DNA of 59,907 nt, filler included, from Basidiobolus ranarum (lineage: Eukaryota), in the NCBI GenBank assembly GCA_040143965.1. It is 3 parts of 3 records of this genome, joined end to end, with 100 filler letters (N's around TTAATTAATTAA, not from the genome) between each part and the next. Parts side by side here need not be neighbours in the genome. Positions count along the whole stretch, not along the records: positions 20,027 to 39,937 come from JASJQH010007114.1; positions 40,038 to 59,907 come from JASJQH010007116.1; 1 more part is not named here. The stretch is one strand, 5' to 3'. The position numbers were made by a program, and so were the translations under genes. Below, piece after piece: positions 37,340-49,800 of this stretch (position 1 is its first letter; every line of letters starts with the position of its first letter). Under the pieces are notes generated by a model. That model saw only the letters and a program-made list of their open reading frames with translations. It was not told the origin of the DNA and searched no databases.

Positions 37340-38120
37340 TTACTAAGGAAAGGATGGTATAAAGAATATGTTGAGCAATATATATAGGGCCAAAGCTAGT
37401 GAACCAAAGAGGCTGTCAACTTGGTGGACTGGGAGTAGGATGGGGCTAATGGCAGAGATCAAAGCACTCAGTCTTTGCTTCAAAGTCTTCTGTTTGTGAA
37501 ACTGAAAGAGAGCATCTGTATCTTTAAACACAAAGCACTTTTCAGCATGAGTGTAATGGAAGGGATGATGGCATTTTGGACAGTTTGAGCCCAGACAGAA
37601 AGTATTCATTCTCCATCTGATGGCTTGAATGGCAAAGTAGCTATCTTTGATGTAGGGTCACACATCAGCACCACTGTGTGTCTGAGAGCTCTCATCTTTA
37701 ATGTGAGAATTTCTATATCTCCTAGTCTTAGTGTTGAATTGATTTCTTATGTTTCTCTGAAGCATAGCCAAAGACAGTGTCAACTTGTTGTCTGGAGAGT
37801 TACCACTGTTAGTGGCAAGATATTAGATGTAACATGCTGGCTTGTAGATTTTCTTCTTAACAAGGGAAAGAGCAGTAACAGCAACTTCTTCCTAGTATAT
37901 GGCATTTGCCACTTATCTTATTGGATTGGAAGAGAGTGATTTGGCAAAGTGTAAGGCAAATATGATACCTAGAGTCTCAAATCTGTCTGGTACTGTCTGA
38001 ATACCAGTGAGACTATGAACTACTCTATGGTATAGTTTGGGGTAAAAGTCTGAAGCACTGACAACCTAACCAAGAGTATTTCTTTAAAGAGCTTCAAATT
38101 TCCTAATTCAGTCTGAGGCT
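37340..38120 (-). mobile_element. Non-LTR (LINE-like) retrotransposon 3' remnant
   Basis: RKFEAL*RNTLG*VVSA...LTGIQTVPDRFETL resembles the post-RT region; IRWRMN...CPKCHHPFHYTHAEKC resembles the C-terminal CCHC finger; strongly CpG-depleted. Confidence 0.5.
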
Positions 38121-39259
38121 GGGTGACCCATTACGTGACGGGTCCACATCTGAAGAAGAGACCGTAGATAGAAATGAACCACAAACTAGACCAGACAAGC
38201 CAATGCATACCATGGCACATTGACCTCAAGCCACAACCCATGCTGGCTAAGGTAGATGAACTTCAGCAAGATCAAACTGACCAACATAGCACAGAGATTC
38301 AAGCAAAGTTCCTTTGATGGAAATATCAAGGTGACAACAAAAATAACAGAAGTGAATCAGCATGTGCTGCTTCAAACCTGGGCAACTGCTGAATGCTCTT
38401 GTTAATACTTACATTATTCTATCTTTATTGTTCAGCACATCATGCAAAACTGATATGGATTGCAGTTAAATATAGCACAAATTACTTTAGTAAGATCATG
38501 ATTGCTTATGTCTTTATGGAACACTGATAGCATGAAATTGTCATATATCATAGAAATCAATGATAGCCTATCAATACAAGTGAATTCACTACAATTAAAT
38601 GAACAATGTCTGTCAATAAAAAGCTTGTGCAGCCATATTGGCATGATATGGCTCAATCCATTCACACTCTCACCCAATTAGAAGCTTACATGATTGAATG
38701 AATAATTTGCTGATGTAAAAATGATGAATCAAGTGATCCTGATCATTACTATCATACTGCAGATTGATCCATAATTGAGTGCTGTGATTTGTCACCAGTG
38801 AGGCAAAACTACTGTTTTTCATAATGCAGGAGCCATTGGCCCAATTGAAGATCAGGATATTATGTGAGTGAGAGCCAAATGATTGGCCTAAAAATACATG
38901 AATGTCTTGGTTATACATTTGATTTGGTAAGTTACAGTATAAATTGTTTATTGTTGCATGTTCAATTATCAGTAAGTTGCAAACTAGGGATGATCTTGCT
39001 TTGTGAGTTACCCAAAATCTTAATTTGGCAATACTAAATTGGATAACTTGGTATGGGCTGGCACAATATCTCCAAAAAAATCATTGTGTCCAATTGTGGT
39101 GGGATAGTGCCATATTGTTCCTTGTAGTGTCCAATCAAGTGTTATAGGACCCAGCCATGGTAATTCACAGATTGCACCAGATGGTGTACTGGCAGGCTGG
39201 ATCAAGCGGCACAATCTGACCTGGTCCAATGGAACAAGTCTATTAGTAACCAAAACATG

Positions 39260-39937
39260 AAGACTTTGGAGAAAACCAAATCCAGCTTATCTGCTAAATT
39301 CAAAATGACTGATCTTGTTGAACTGACATATTATCTGGGAATCCAAATTAAGATAGATAGAACTACCAAATAATAACTTTAAACCAGTCTAAGTATATCC
39401 TAGATATACTAAGGAAGTTTAAAATGCATGAATGTAATCAAGTATCTACCCCAATGCAGAGAAATCTTAACATGACAAAAAATGGCTCAAATCAGACATT
39501 TCTGGATTCAAATGAAAGCCAGAAAATTCCTTATCAATGTGTGGTTCGCAGTTGGATATATATCATGGTTGGAACATGGCCATATATTGCATATTCTGTG
39601 GAAGTTTTGTGCCTACATCTTCAAAATTAAGGATCTGATCAGATCATATCAGTTCGGCAGATATTCAGATATTTGAAAAGTACTGCGGATCTATGCTACA
39701 ATACACATGTTCCGGATCAAATTTTGATCTGATGGGATATTCAGATGCAAATTGGGGGAGAGATATTGAAGACGGGAGATTTAAAACAAGATAATTATTT
39801 CTTTGCCATAATGGAGCTATTGCTTGGAATTTGAAGAAACAACCTACTGTAGCACTTTCAACAACAGAAGCTGAATATATGGCTGCCTGTGAAGCAACAA
39901 AAGAAGCACTATGGTTAAGAAAACTCTTAACAGATTT
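39260..39937 (+). mobile_element. Ty1/copia RT-RNase H remnant, same family as 700-1824
   Basis: Nucleotide-level match to ~1385-1820; [29 protein letters not shown]. Confidence 0.92.
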
Positions 39938-40037
39938 NNNNNNNNNNNNNNNNNNNNNNNNNNNNNNNNNNNNNNNNNNNNTTAATTAATTAANNNNNNN
40001 NNNNNNNNNNNNNNNNNNNNNNNNNNNNNNNNNNNNN
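39938..40037. other. Artificial 100-nt contig spacer
   Basis: N run with a central TTAATTAATTAA. Confidence 0.98.
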
Positions 40038-40685
40038 TGGTGACGGAGTCGTTGACGTTGATAGCAGGGCCCTTTAGAAGACCTTCCTTGAGCTTTTGGT
40101 AAAGGTGGTGAACCCCAGTGGTGGTTTCCTCGGAAATACCCTTAATATCAGCAAGGTATTGAGGATACTTCTCGTGAACAAGGTTGGTCAAATCACCTCC
40201 ATCATCAAGGATCAAGTTAAGGGATTTTCCATCCTTGAAAGCAGCAAGGGATTGTTCAATGCACCAAAGGTATTCCTCATCGGTCTCACCCATCCAGGCG
40301 AAGACGGGGACACCAGTGGCGGCAATGGCAGCAGCAGCATGATCTTGGGTAGAGAAAATGTTGCAAGAACTCCAAGTAACCTCAGCACCAAGAGCAACGA
40401 GGGTCTCAATGAGAACAGCGGTTTGGATGGTCATGTGGAGACAACCAGCAATACGAGCACCAGCCAAAGGCTGAGTAGGACCGTACTTTTGACGGAGGTT
40501 CATGAGACCAGGCATCTCATTCTCAGCGAGTTCGATTTCCTTACGACCGAATGCGGCCAAGGAGATATCAGCTATAATATGACGTTAGTTAGAACTTGTC
40601 AAAAACCAGAAACTATAGATTGTGTTCTAAACTTCAGCATTTTCACTGATCTTAACTTACCAACTTTGTAGTTTTGGGAGGCCAT
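40038..40685 (-). CDS. SAH1: Adenosylhomocysteinase, 5' part (cut by contig end); intron 40572-40660
   Basis: [65 protein letters not shown]. Confidence 0.97.
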
Positions 40686-41608
40686 AGTAGAAAATTTGTT
40701 GGAGAGGAGTTGATAACTTGAAGCTCTACGAATTTCTCTGAAGGGTAGAATGCAAGTATTTATTGGAGCATCATCAAAAGGGGTTTGTGCACTTCATGCG
40801 AAAAAAAATCGTAACAAATTTTGATTGGAACATGCGCTGGATTACGACACTGACACCAGGGTGATCAATTCCGACCATCTCTACTAAAAAGGGACTTCCC
40901 ATACAAATTAAAGTGAGACTAATCAATAGAGTTACATATACGGAAGAGGGGTGATGTTACTGCGACTTTATAATCACAAACATCGGGAGAAAGGAGATGT
41001 TTAATCAATAAGCATACACACATATATTAGTAGTAGTGACTAAATCACTCATTGAACATCGATTTCTGAAAGATTTGGAAAACCATGTGATTTTGACTGT
41101 TGTAGAGTCAGCGTCAAAGGAACACGTATCCGTACAACACGTTCAAGTTACAGGAATTTGCTTGAGCCTATAAAGAAATATTACGTAGTGTTGGCCATCG
41201 TTTGTTAATGTTGTCGCTTTTTTATTGTTTAAAAATCTCCACATTTCAGGTTGATTCCAAATTTGGTGAGTTTTATAATGGTATTTTTACTGATTGATTC
41301 GTGCTAATTAGATCCCGCTAGTTTCCCTAGGCGCCATGAGGATTATACACAGTTACTATGGCACGTTCAACTTTGTATGGTAAAGTTCTGAGAAGGTCTT
41401 TTTTAAAAGAATAAAGTCTCTTTGCATTTATTTATAGACTCATGTTTGGCACTATCGTGACTATATGTCTAGTTCGTCTGAGGAATTCTGAGAACATGTT
41501 TCTTTATGCACTTGTGGATATGTTACCGCTCTGAAATGGGCTCAAAGCACTATCAGAGCTATAAAAGTAATCGAGATTGTTAATAATTTCGACACGTTCA
41601 ACCACTAA

Positions 41609-42907
41609 ATGCTTTTGATTCCTGTAGTCGCGTTTGTGCATGGTGTATCGGCTACGAGTTCCTTCCTCGTATTGATATGCATGGTTATCATACAAATTCA
41701 TCAACGCCCTTTTACATACCGAATTTCGTTTCGTTTAACCATGTTCTATACGTTTTTCGTGTTCAACAGGCATTTATTGAAGTTCATTCGTATAGTTATC
41801 AACGCAAAGGAGTCGAATGATAAAAACACTTTCGAGATAACTTTACAGGAGGATTACATGAAGAGCTTGACGTTTTGGTTGACCGTATTTGCTGAAAACT
41901 TGCTACTTATCACTGTTCTCTACACACTTGCTATCGTTGTTAATCTTCAGTTGGTGTTACTCCATAATGTGCGTTCTGTCCTTAAATACCAATTAGCCTA
42001 TATAATTACACCCATTGCCGTTGCACATGTTGTTTTCATCGTGTGTGTCATCAGGGGTGCGTCAGATGCGGAATATTGGAATGGCCATACCTTTATCACT
42101 ATGGCAATATTTCTAGCCGTATTGATATACACCTCGATTCTCTCGATAATAATTGTCAAAAAGCTATACTCGATAATGTGGAGATTTTCAGCAACAATCC
42201 CCAAGACAAATCAATCTGAAACCTCAACCCTGGATTTCCCTTCCTTCGACGATCTTCCAGCGAGAACATCCTCCAAAAGCTCTAGTTTATGTTTAACCAA
42301 CAGGACAATACAATACGCAGTTGCACGGATCTTATTGTATCCCCTAGCACTGGCATTGGTGGGCTTTCCAGTGTTTGTCATCAGACTGGTAAATCTTTTC
42401 GCGCCAGATGCCTGGGACCTCGACATTGTAGAGTATTTTATGATGCTACAGGGTACTGTCAATGCCGTTGCTTTCCTCTTCGATCCAACTTTACTTGCCG
42501 CTATAAAATCCTTCAATTCATATCTTTTAATCAACCATTCAAATCACTTATGCAGCGACGGAGTTGGAGAAAGGCTTGAAATCAAAGTGGAGTCTAGATC
42601 GTGTATGGATCGAATGAAACAACTGGCCATCGCCTGTTATATAGACTGGTTCATATTAAGAAAGCTCACTCGAACAACGGACTCGGATACAGATAATACA
42701 ATGAAAACCCTTGTAGCGGACGACTCAACCAAGCCAAAAGTAGGAAATTGGGATCCGGTAAGAACAACATATTCGATGGATTCACTGCATATAGAGGAAA
42801 TGTCGAATCAAGTAGACTTTACTACGGAAGTCAATGCTGCTTTAGAACAGATCCAAGTGGGTATAGCTAATTTTGAAAGAAGTAAAAGTGAATTGAGTCT
42901 TTTATAG
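41609..42907 (+). CDS. Seven-TM GPCR-like protein (cAMP-receptor/Git3-like)
   Basis: About seven hydrophobic helices, RISFRL after TM1, RILLYP in TM6, QGTVNAVAFLFDP in TM7. Start codon uncertain. Confidence 0.75.
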   Translation: MLLIPVVAFVHGVSATSSFLVLICMVIIQIHQRPFTYRISFRLTMFYTFFVFNRHLLKFIRIVINAKESNDKNTFEITLQEDYMKSLTFWLTVFAENLLLITVLYTLAIVVNLQLVLLHNVRSVLKYQLAYIITPIAVAHVVFIVCVIRGASDAEYWNGHTFITMAIFLAVLIYTSILSIIIVKKLYSIMWRFSATIPKTNQSETSTLDFPSFDDLPARTSSKSSSLCLTNRTIQYAVARILLYPLALALVGFPVFVIRLVNLFAPDAWDLDIVEYFMMLQGTVNAVAFLFDPTLLAAIKSFNSYLLINHSNHLCSDGVGERLEIKVESRSCMDRMKQLAIACYIDWFILRKLTRTTDSDTDNTMKTLVADDSTKPKVGNWDPVRTTYSMDSLHIEEMSNQVDFTTEVNAALEQIQVGIANFERSKSELSLL

Positions 42908-43446
42908 CGTATAGCGTATAACGGTTGTTTACTATAAAATTTATCGAATAAAGCTTTTCAACCAAGAAAACTGATGGATATTCATTTCCTAAATCAACAT
43001 TAACACAATACATGGAAATCATCGGCGGCTACGTTTCAGGACAAAACACGACAAGTAGGAAGGCAATTAAAATAAGACAGGGGGAAATAGGAAATTTCAT
43101 TTTTTCGATAAACTACAAGTACTGAATGAAAACATATGTAAGCGGGCGATAGACAAATGTGACGATACAATAAAAAACGACGAAAACAAAAAAAAGTAGA
43201 AGGGCGGAATGTATGGGAAAGAGGATCGGGAGATGGGAAATAAATAAAATGGTTTCTTGTATCTTTGATTCGGTTCAGCAAAGTGCAATAAATGTATAGA
43301 TCGGTCTGTGAAGCTATATGTAAATCAAATGTAAAAAACAAAGAAAGGTAAGGGGTTGGTCTATTTGTGAATAACAATGGTTGAGAGTTGAGGGACTATA
43401 AATAGTGGCTTGTAATAAATGAAAGAGCATTAGTCTGGGGTTTGTA

Positions 43447-43491
43447 TGATTTAACGATGTCTGATTTAACGATGTCTGATTTAACGATGTC
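43447..43491 (-). repeat. 3 x 15-bp tandem repeat spanning the CHD1 stop codon
   Basis: (TGATTTAACGATGTC)3 on the plus strand. Confidence 0.95.
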
Positions 43492-46400
43492 TGCTACTGC
43501 GTGTATGCTTTCTATGTTTGCGAGACCCAAAATCCGAACCAGAGTCGTCATCATGATCTCGGGATCTGCGTCTTTTGTTGTCATTGCTAGAGCGTTCACT
43601 TGAACGGCGATCGCTCTTTCTTCTATCACTACTTTTGGAGGCTGACTTTCCAGCTTCTAGTTTTTCGTAAAGAGCAACCAATTTCTTATGAGAAACTGTC
43701 CTAGGCCAGAAGTAGGATGCAAATACCCAGAGATGTTTGCGCCATTTATCTTTCTCGTTTCTTTTCTGTTGTACGAGTTCCTCGATTTTACGCCCAATTA
43801 TGGTCATGCACTCTTTGATCATGGCAACCTTGTCACTCTCAGAGTTGCATCGATTAGAATCTTCTCGAAGGCGACGAAGCTCGCGTTTAACTGGACGAAG
43901 CATATCCTTACATACCATCTCATCCATACTTTCGTATTCAGAACCGTTACTGGAATCCTCTTCCTCTGATTTAGGCTTGGGAGAGGGTGATCTACGTTTA
44001 TGCTTGTGACTGGCCTTCTTCTTTTCGGGCAACTCTATATCTGCGGTTTCTTTGGTTTTTTTCGACGCGGAGGGTTTAGGTTGATGTTTACCGGTGGCCC
44101 GACCATCCCTTTCTTTCTGATACTTTTGTTTGGTTTCCTCAGATTCGCGTAATGCTTTAAGGAGATAATCACCACGTCTCACAAGAGAATTAGCTGTCTT
44201 AGTAGATACTTTCGTGGCATCTTCTTTGGTAAATTTAGAATGCAGTCCGAGGCTGCGATCCTCCTTGATCTTATCCCAATTACCAAAACCATGTTTGAAT
44301 ATACCAACCAGAAGCATGGCATCATCTTTTTGCCCCCACTTGCTACTTAATTTATAAGGCTTAAGCGGAAAAGAGAGTCTAAACTTCTCCAGATTAGTGT
44401 CGTCTAGACGATTGGAGAGACAAGTCAGATCTGCAACCCGCTGTACCAAAGCACCGGCATTAATAGCAGGCACTCCATTGAAGACAGCATGGACTACCTT
44501 GCCGCCACGCTTATTAGATGCTTCCTCCTCGCTACCTTCTTTTTTCAGAGCTTTCTCGCAAGTTTTGATTAGCTCATCAGCTTGCTGAATGATCATTTCC
44601 CGGCCTTTTTCTTCCAAATCCGCATCTTCCACGATAAGATCGTAACGAAGCCGGATATCGCCGAATTTTAACATAGAACGAACTAGCGCTTTGACATCTT
44701 TGTCATTAAGTTCATCATCTGCCTTTCCTCTTGTTCGTCTACTAGCTGCTCTGCGACGTTTACCCTTCTCTTCCACCTCGCCGTTATTCATAGCGGCTCG
44801 GCCGTCGTCGGCATATGAAACTACATTTCTTTTACGAGAAGTCCATAGTAATTCATCCTCTTGGGCCTTCTCCTCTTCTTCGATGCGCTTTCGTTGACGT
44901 TCAGGTATAATATCCTCCCATGATAAATCAGCACCAGCCTCGTAATCGGTAACTACAAACTGGTTCAAGAAATCCGCACCACCATCAGTCGCTCCCTGTT
45001 CCTCGGTAGTCTCATGATGTTCGGCTCTAGCCAATATATCATCGAGATCCAAATCATCTAGCTTCTTTTGGTTGTCATGTTCTTTGAACATATTTGAAGC
45101 ACCAAATTTCAAAATGGCCGACAGCTCTTCTTTACTAAATGGGTTTCCGGTGCTTTTTGGTACAGATTTTTGAAGAAGACTTAGCCCCGATGTATCCATC
45201 TGTTTGATAATACAATATTCAAGAACCATCTTACGCTTAGCACGTTCGATAATGTCTTCTTCCATTGTATCCTTGGAAACGAATCGATAAACGTTGACAT
45301 GATTCTTTTGCCCGATACGATGAGCACGAGCCATAGCTTGAAGATCGTTTTGAGGATTCCAATCAGAGTCAAATATAATAACAGTATCTGCAGTTTCAAG
45401 ATTGATGCCCAGGCCACCAGCACGAGTTGAGAGAATGAATACAAAATCTGGAGATCCAGGGGCATTGAAATGCTCAATGGACTTTTTACGAGCTTCTGAA
45501 CCAACACTCCCATCCAAACGTTGGAAGGGATAGCCGCGCAAGCTAAGGTAGTCACTCATTATGTCTAATAAGCGAACCATTTGAGAGAAGATCAATACGC
45601 GATGCCCATCTTTGCGTAGCCGGGTGAGTAATTTGTCTAACAATACCATTTTACCACTGTTCATAATGATTCCTTTCAGCTGTTCGTTCTTCTGAGAACT
45701 GTAAACCTCGGCACTGGGGAAAAGATATGGGTGATTGCTGGCCTTTTTTAGTTCGACCGCGATATTGAGAAGACTTAGTTGCCCCGGGCCACTCACGCCC
45801 TTGTTGAGAACGTTGAAATTCTTGGAGAGGATATTTTTGTAATAATGAATTTGCAAAGGTGCCAGTTCAACACGTAAGATACGTTCCGTTTTACTTGGTA
45901 GTGACTTTTCGACATCTTTTTTTAGTCTTCTCAACATGTAGGGTCGTAAACGCTCATGCAGTTCGCGAATCTTCTCTTCTTGATCCTCTTCACCGACATT
46001 AATCTCAAAGCTTCCACTGAGATCAAATTTATCTGGCATCAAGAAATGAACTAATGCATAGAGTTCTTTGACAGAGTTTTGAAGTGGTGTACCAGTAACA
46101 AGCAGGCGATTGACTGTATGGAAATCTTTGAGCGTCTCATGTAACTGTGAGTCATTGTTCTTTAACCTGTGGGCTTCATCCACCGCCAAGTATTGCCATT
46201 TGATGGCTCCTAATTCAGCGCGGTCTTTCAAAACTAACTCGAAAGTGGTCAAACATACATTCATCTTGAGCTTTCTGGTAGCGGCATTAGAGTTGACGTA
46301 GAACTCATGCTCGCGAATGATCCCTCGAGATTTGTTGTCACCAATGTAACAGATAAGATTCATGTCAGGCGCCCATTTGGCAAACTCTCGCTGCCATGCT

Positions 46401-49009
46401 CCAATAGTAGAAAGCGGAACTACAACCAAGAAGGGGCCATATATCTTCATTGTATGAAACAAATAGGAGAGGATTGCTATTGTTTGCACCGTTTTACCCA
46501 ACCCCATCTCATCAGCCAGAATACCATTTTCATTACGCGACCATAAATATGCCATCCAGTTCAAACTGTGTAGTTGGTAATCACGAAGCTCACCACCAAT
46601 AAGATAATCTGGCTGTTGGGTAATCTTTTTGAATGTTGGACGTTCTTTGCTGTAGGACGTACTTTTGAATGGTAAGGTTTGACTTCTATCACGATCCAGA
46701 AACGCATCGATTTCATTTTGAAAGTCCCCGGATATAAGATCTGCAGGCTCCCAAGTCGATGCTTGATATGGAAGTCTCCTCCACTTGCAGAAGTATTCAG
46801 TAATGGGATAAGGTCTCTCCTCCGAAGGCTCTGTTTCTCTGGAGGCAATGATGCGCTCCACTGTTTTGTAATCTTTGAGCATATCCCTTTCGATTTCCAT
46901 GTTGATGTCATGCTGCTCTATCTCCTCGCGACTAACCTCGGGATCTATTCTCATTTGCTGATCCTCCATGACTATATTACGGATATAATTATCCAGCTTC
47001 TTGATTCCTTTGAATCCTTTGAGGTACTCGTATTTGTCCCAGGTATTATGGAGATGACTGTATTTTTTCCACTTGATAAGAAATTCAAGATTCTCGATAT
47101 ATTCGTCAGGATCCTCTACACAAGAAGAATCTAGCTCAAAGACATTAACAATCAGATTGAAGATTCACTAATAAATATTCAAACGTACCAGCGCCTTCAA
47201 CGAGTCTAAAGTCATGAACACTATCAATGACATCACCTTCATCCTCTTCGGTGACTGGTGTAGGGGCATAACCTTCATTGAAACTATTCTCTCCTTCGGA
47301 ACTAACTCCAAGAATGTCATTTTCGTTGTAGCTTTTAACTGAGCGATTTCGCGTTGAAAACCGAACTTCAGGTACGGGAGACTCTGTGGGACTACGGAAG
47401 GCTCTTGAAACCACTAAAGGATAGAGATTCCTTAGATTAATAAACGATATCAAACAATACCACAGCTAACTGAGAACGTACACTTCCTCCTTCGTGAAGC
47501 CTTTTTCTTAGATCCCCATTCTCCATCACTAGAATTAGACTCTAGACCGTTTTGTATACGAACATTTTCCACCTCATCATCTTCATCCATAATGAATCTG
47601 CTTCCTATAATAGTGGTAATGTATTGGGAATGGCTCATTTCAACTTGCTCGATATACTTGGCTACTTACTTTTGGCGGCTGTTCTACGAGTGTTAGAAGT
47701 CTTCAAACTAGTTTTTTTCTTTTTGTTTCGAGAACCATAATCACTACCACTGTCTTCTCCGGATTGTTCAGATTCATCACTTGAAGGTAACGATTCAAAA
47801 TCATCCTCAGACTCATCTTCAGACTCAGAATTCTAACAAGGTGAAGAGAACCGAATTAATACTAATACTTCCATAGCTAGAGTGTACACATATTTTAAAA
47901 AAGGATGTACTGTACCCTATTTGTGTCATTTGGTAAATGTGGACGCGATGAACGACGCAATCCGAAGAGGTCTGGATCATATGCACTTGTATTGGATTCA
48001 CGACTTGCTCCAAGAGGATTGACACGTCTCTTTGGTGGTGGAATTTGCATGGAATCATCAGAACCAGCAATCTCTTCGAAAGTATCTTCGATTATATGAT
48101 TATCTTGAGAAATTTCATCGGAAAATTCACTTTCGGAGTGATGAATATCTTTGTTGGCTTCGAATCCATCTACCTCTTCACTACACTCTTCTTCGATGAT
48201 CCTTTTGTTGGATTTAAGTGTTGGTTTTCTCTCCATTTCACTTTCACTACTTCCTTCTGGTGATCGAACAACGGGTGCGGACCGATTCTGTCGCCTCAGA
48301 TCAACTCCACTAGAGCCACCAAGGTCAGAGTCATAATCAGACGCAGATACTGATACTACGCTTTCGTTGTCCTCTTCACCCTCACTGGCGCTTCTGAGTC
48401 CGTCATACGGGGTATCTACCTCTGTTGCTATTATCAATTCGAGTAAATAACAAGAATTTGAACAACATGAAAGTAACACGAATCGAAAAAAAAAATAGAA
48501 AGCAAAAGGTAAAATGGTTAGATGAAGATCTAATGATACACGTATAGTCTATAAAATGTTAATGTTTGTCTTGATCATCTGATAGTAACAAAAAACAAGA
48601 GGGGTATGAACAAAAAACGTTTAGACAAAAGAAAGTGTTATGTAATAATAACAAACGGTTTTCAGAGAACTTGGATTTACTCTTGATGCTCAGAAAGCAC
48701 GTACGAGTATTTCTTTTACACAAATTCGAAATTATCTAAGCCATTCAGGGAAATAAAAGTATCTAAAGCTTCAATATATCTTTAAATAGGAAAAAGGGAA
48801 AGGAAATATGGGTGTGTTTAAGTAACACACAAAATATTCACGTTAGGAGGATAACCGAACATAACGAAAGGCTCGATTATATATTCTTGTGAAAAGTATA
48901 TTACAAAAACGACTTGTTTGATTGAAAAAAAAACCAGAAAGAAAAACAATACAGTGCTAGATGATCAAGACACACAGAGTCGTTGGAGAAAAAGAAACAT
49001 ACCAGCCAT
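43481..49009 (-). CDS. CHD1: Chromodomain helicase CHD1/Hrp1-like remodeler, multi-exon
   Basis: Chromodomains, LADEMGLGKT, DEAH, FILSTRAGGLGINL, QAMARAHRIGQ, SANT/SLIDE region, C-terminal helical domain. The 7-nt first coding exon (ATGGCTG, 49009-49003) splices in phase to 48427. Confidence 0.96.
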
Positions 49010-49800
49010 ATACGACGCCAATATAACAAAACAGTTGAGGGTAGGCTTTAAGGGCTAGGCAGGGTCAGTCCAATATAATATATAGAGGGGATACAGTGAG
49101 TGTAAGTTGAGTAATAACACTAAGGATAGGGATTATATTGAGGAAAAGCGTATATCTAGTCTAAATGGTTAGCCAAGTTAGGAGGGTAGTTTAGCTGAAA
49201 GAAGGTAAAAAATTTCAAATCATCGATGATTTATTTTACTTCGGTATATTCTAAGCACCAAGCACCCAGTATCCTATTTTGCCCTAGCCCTCACAACCAT
49301 TTCTCCCGTGCCATTCATTGATTGAATAATTTTGACGAATAGACATTAAACGAGAAAACTTTTTTAGAATTTTCTTTTACCTAGTTTGTTTACACTGCTA
49401 ATTGGAATACCTCTCATTGTTTTCGAGAATTGACGACAGCAACCAATGGTAAAATTGCTAAGACGCGTGAATATCTACTCATTTTGCTTTCCTTTCTGAA
49501 TACTGTGAATTATTTTTGTCCACGTGTATAGGTCTATTGAGGTCGCTTAGTTGGACAATCACGAATTCGCATTGAAATTTTAAAATCATCGCTTTTCAGA
49601 TGACTTTCGTAATGTGGATAAAAATAGTAGAAACAATCTACGATAATAGAGTTGAACTCCAATAATTTATTTTACCAAAGTCAAATGAATACCGCGCATC
49701 TGTTTCTTGTTTGCGTACCCTGTTACTTTGTTATACTTGCCAAGGCATCATCGTTGTAGATTGTATATCTTGGTTATATACTCCTTCAGATTAGTGATCT

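Noticed and set aside
19927-40037. TTAATTAATTAA palindromes in N runs, and any gene cluster spanning them
   Set aside because: These are artificial linkers joining contigs of 19926, 19911 and 19870 nt, apparently sorted by size, so adjacency is not biological.
41260-41608. Upstream ATG (41336) and splice-like signals before the GPCR-like ORF
   Set aside because: No in-frame spliced extension could be built; probably 5' UTR introns or a uORF, unsupported without transcripts.
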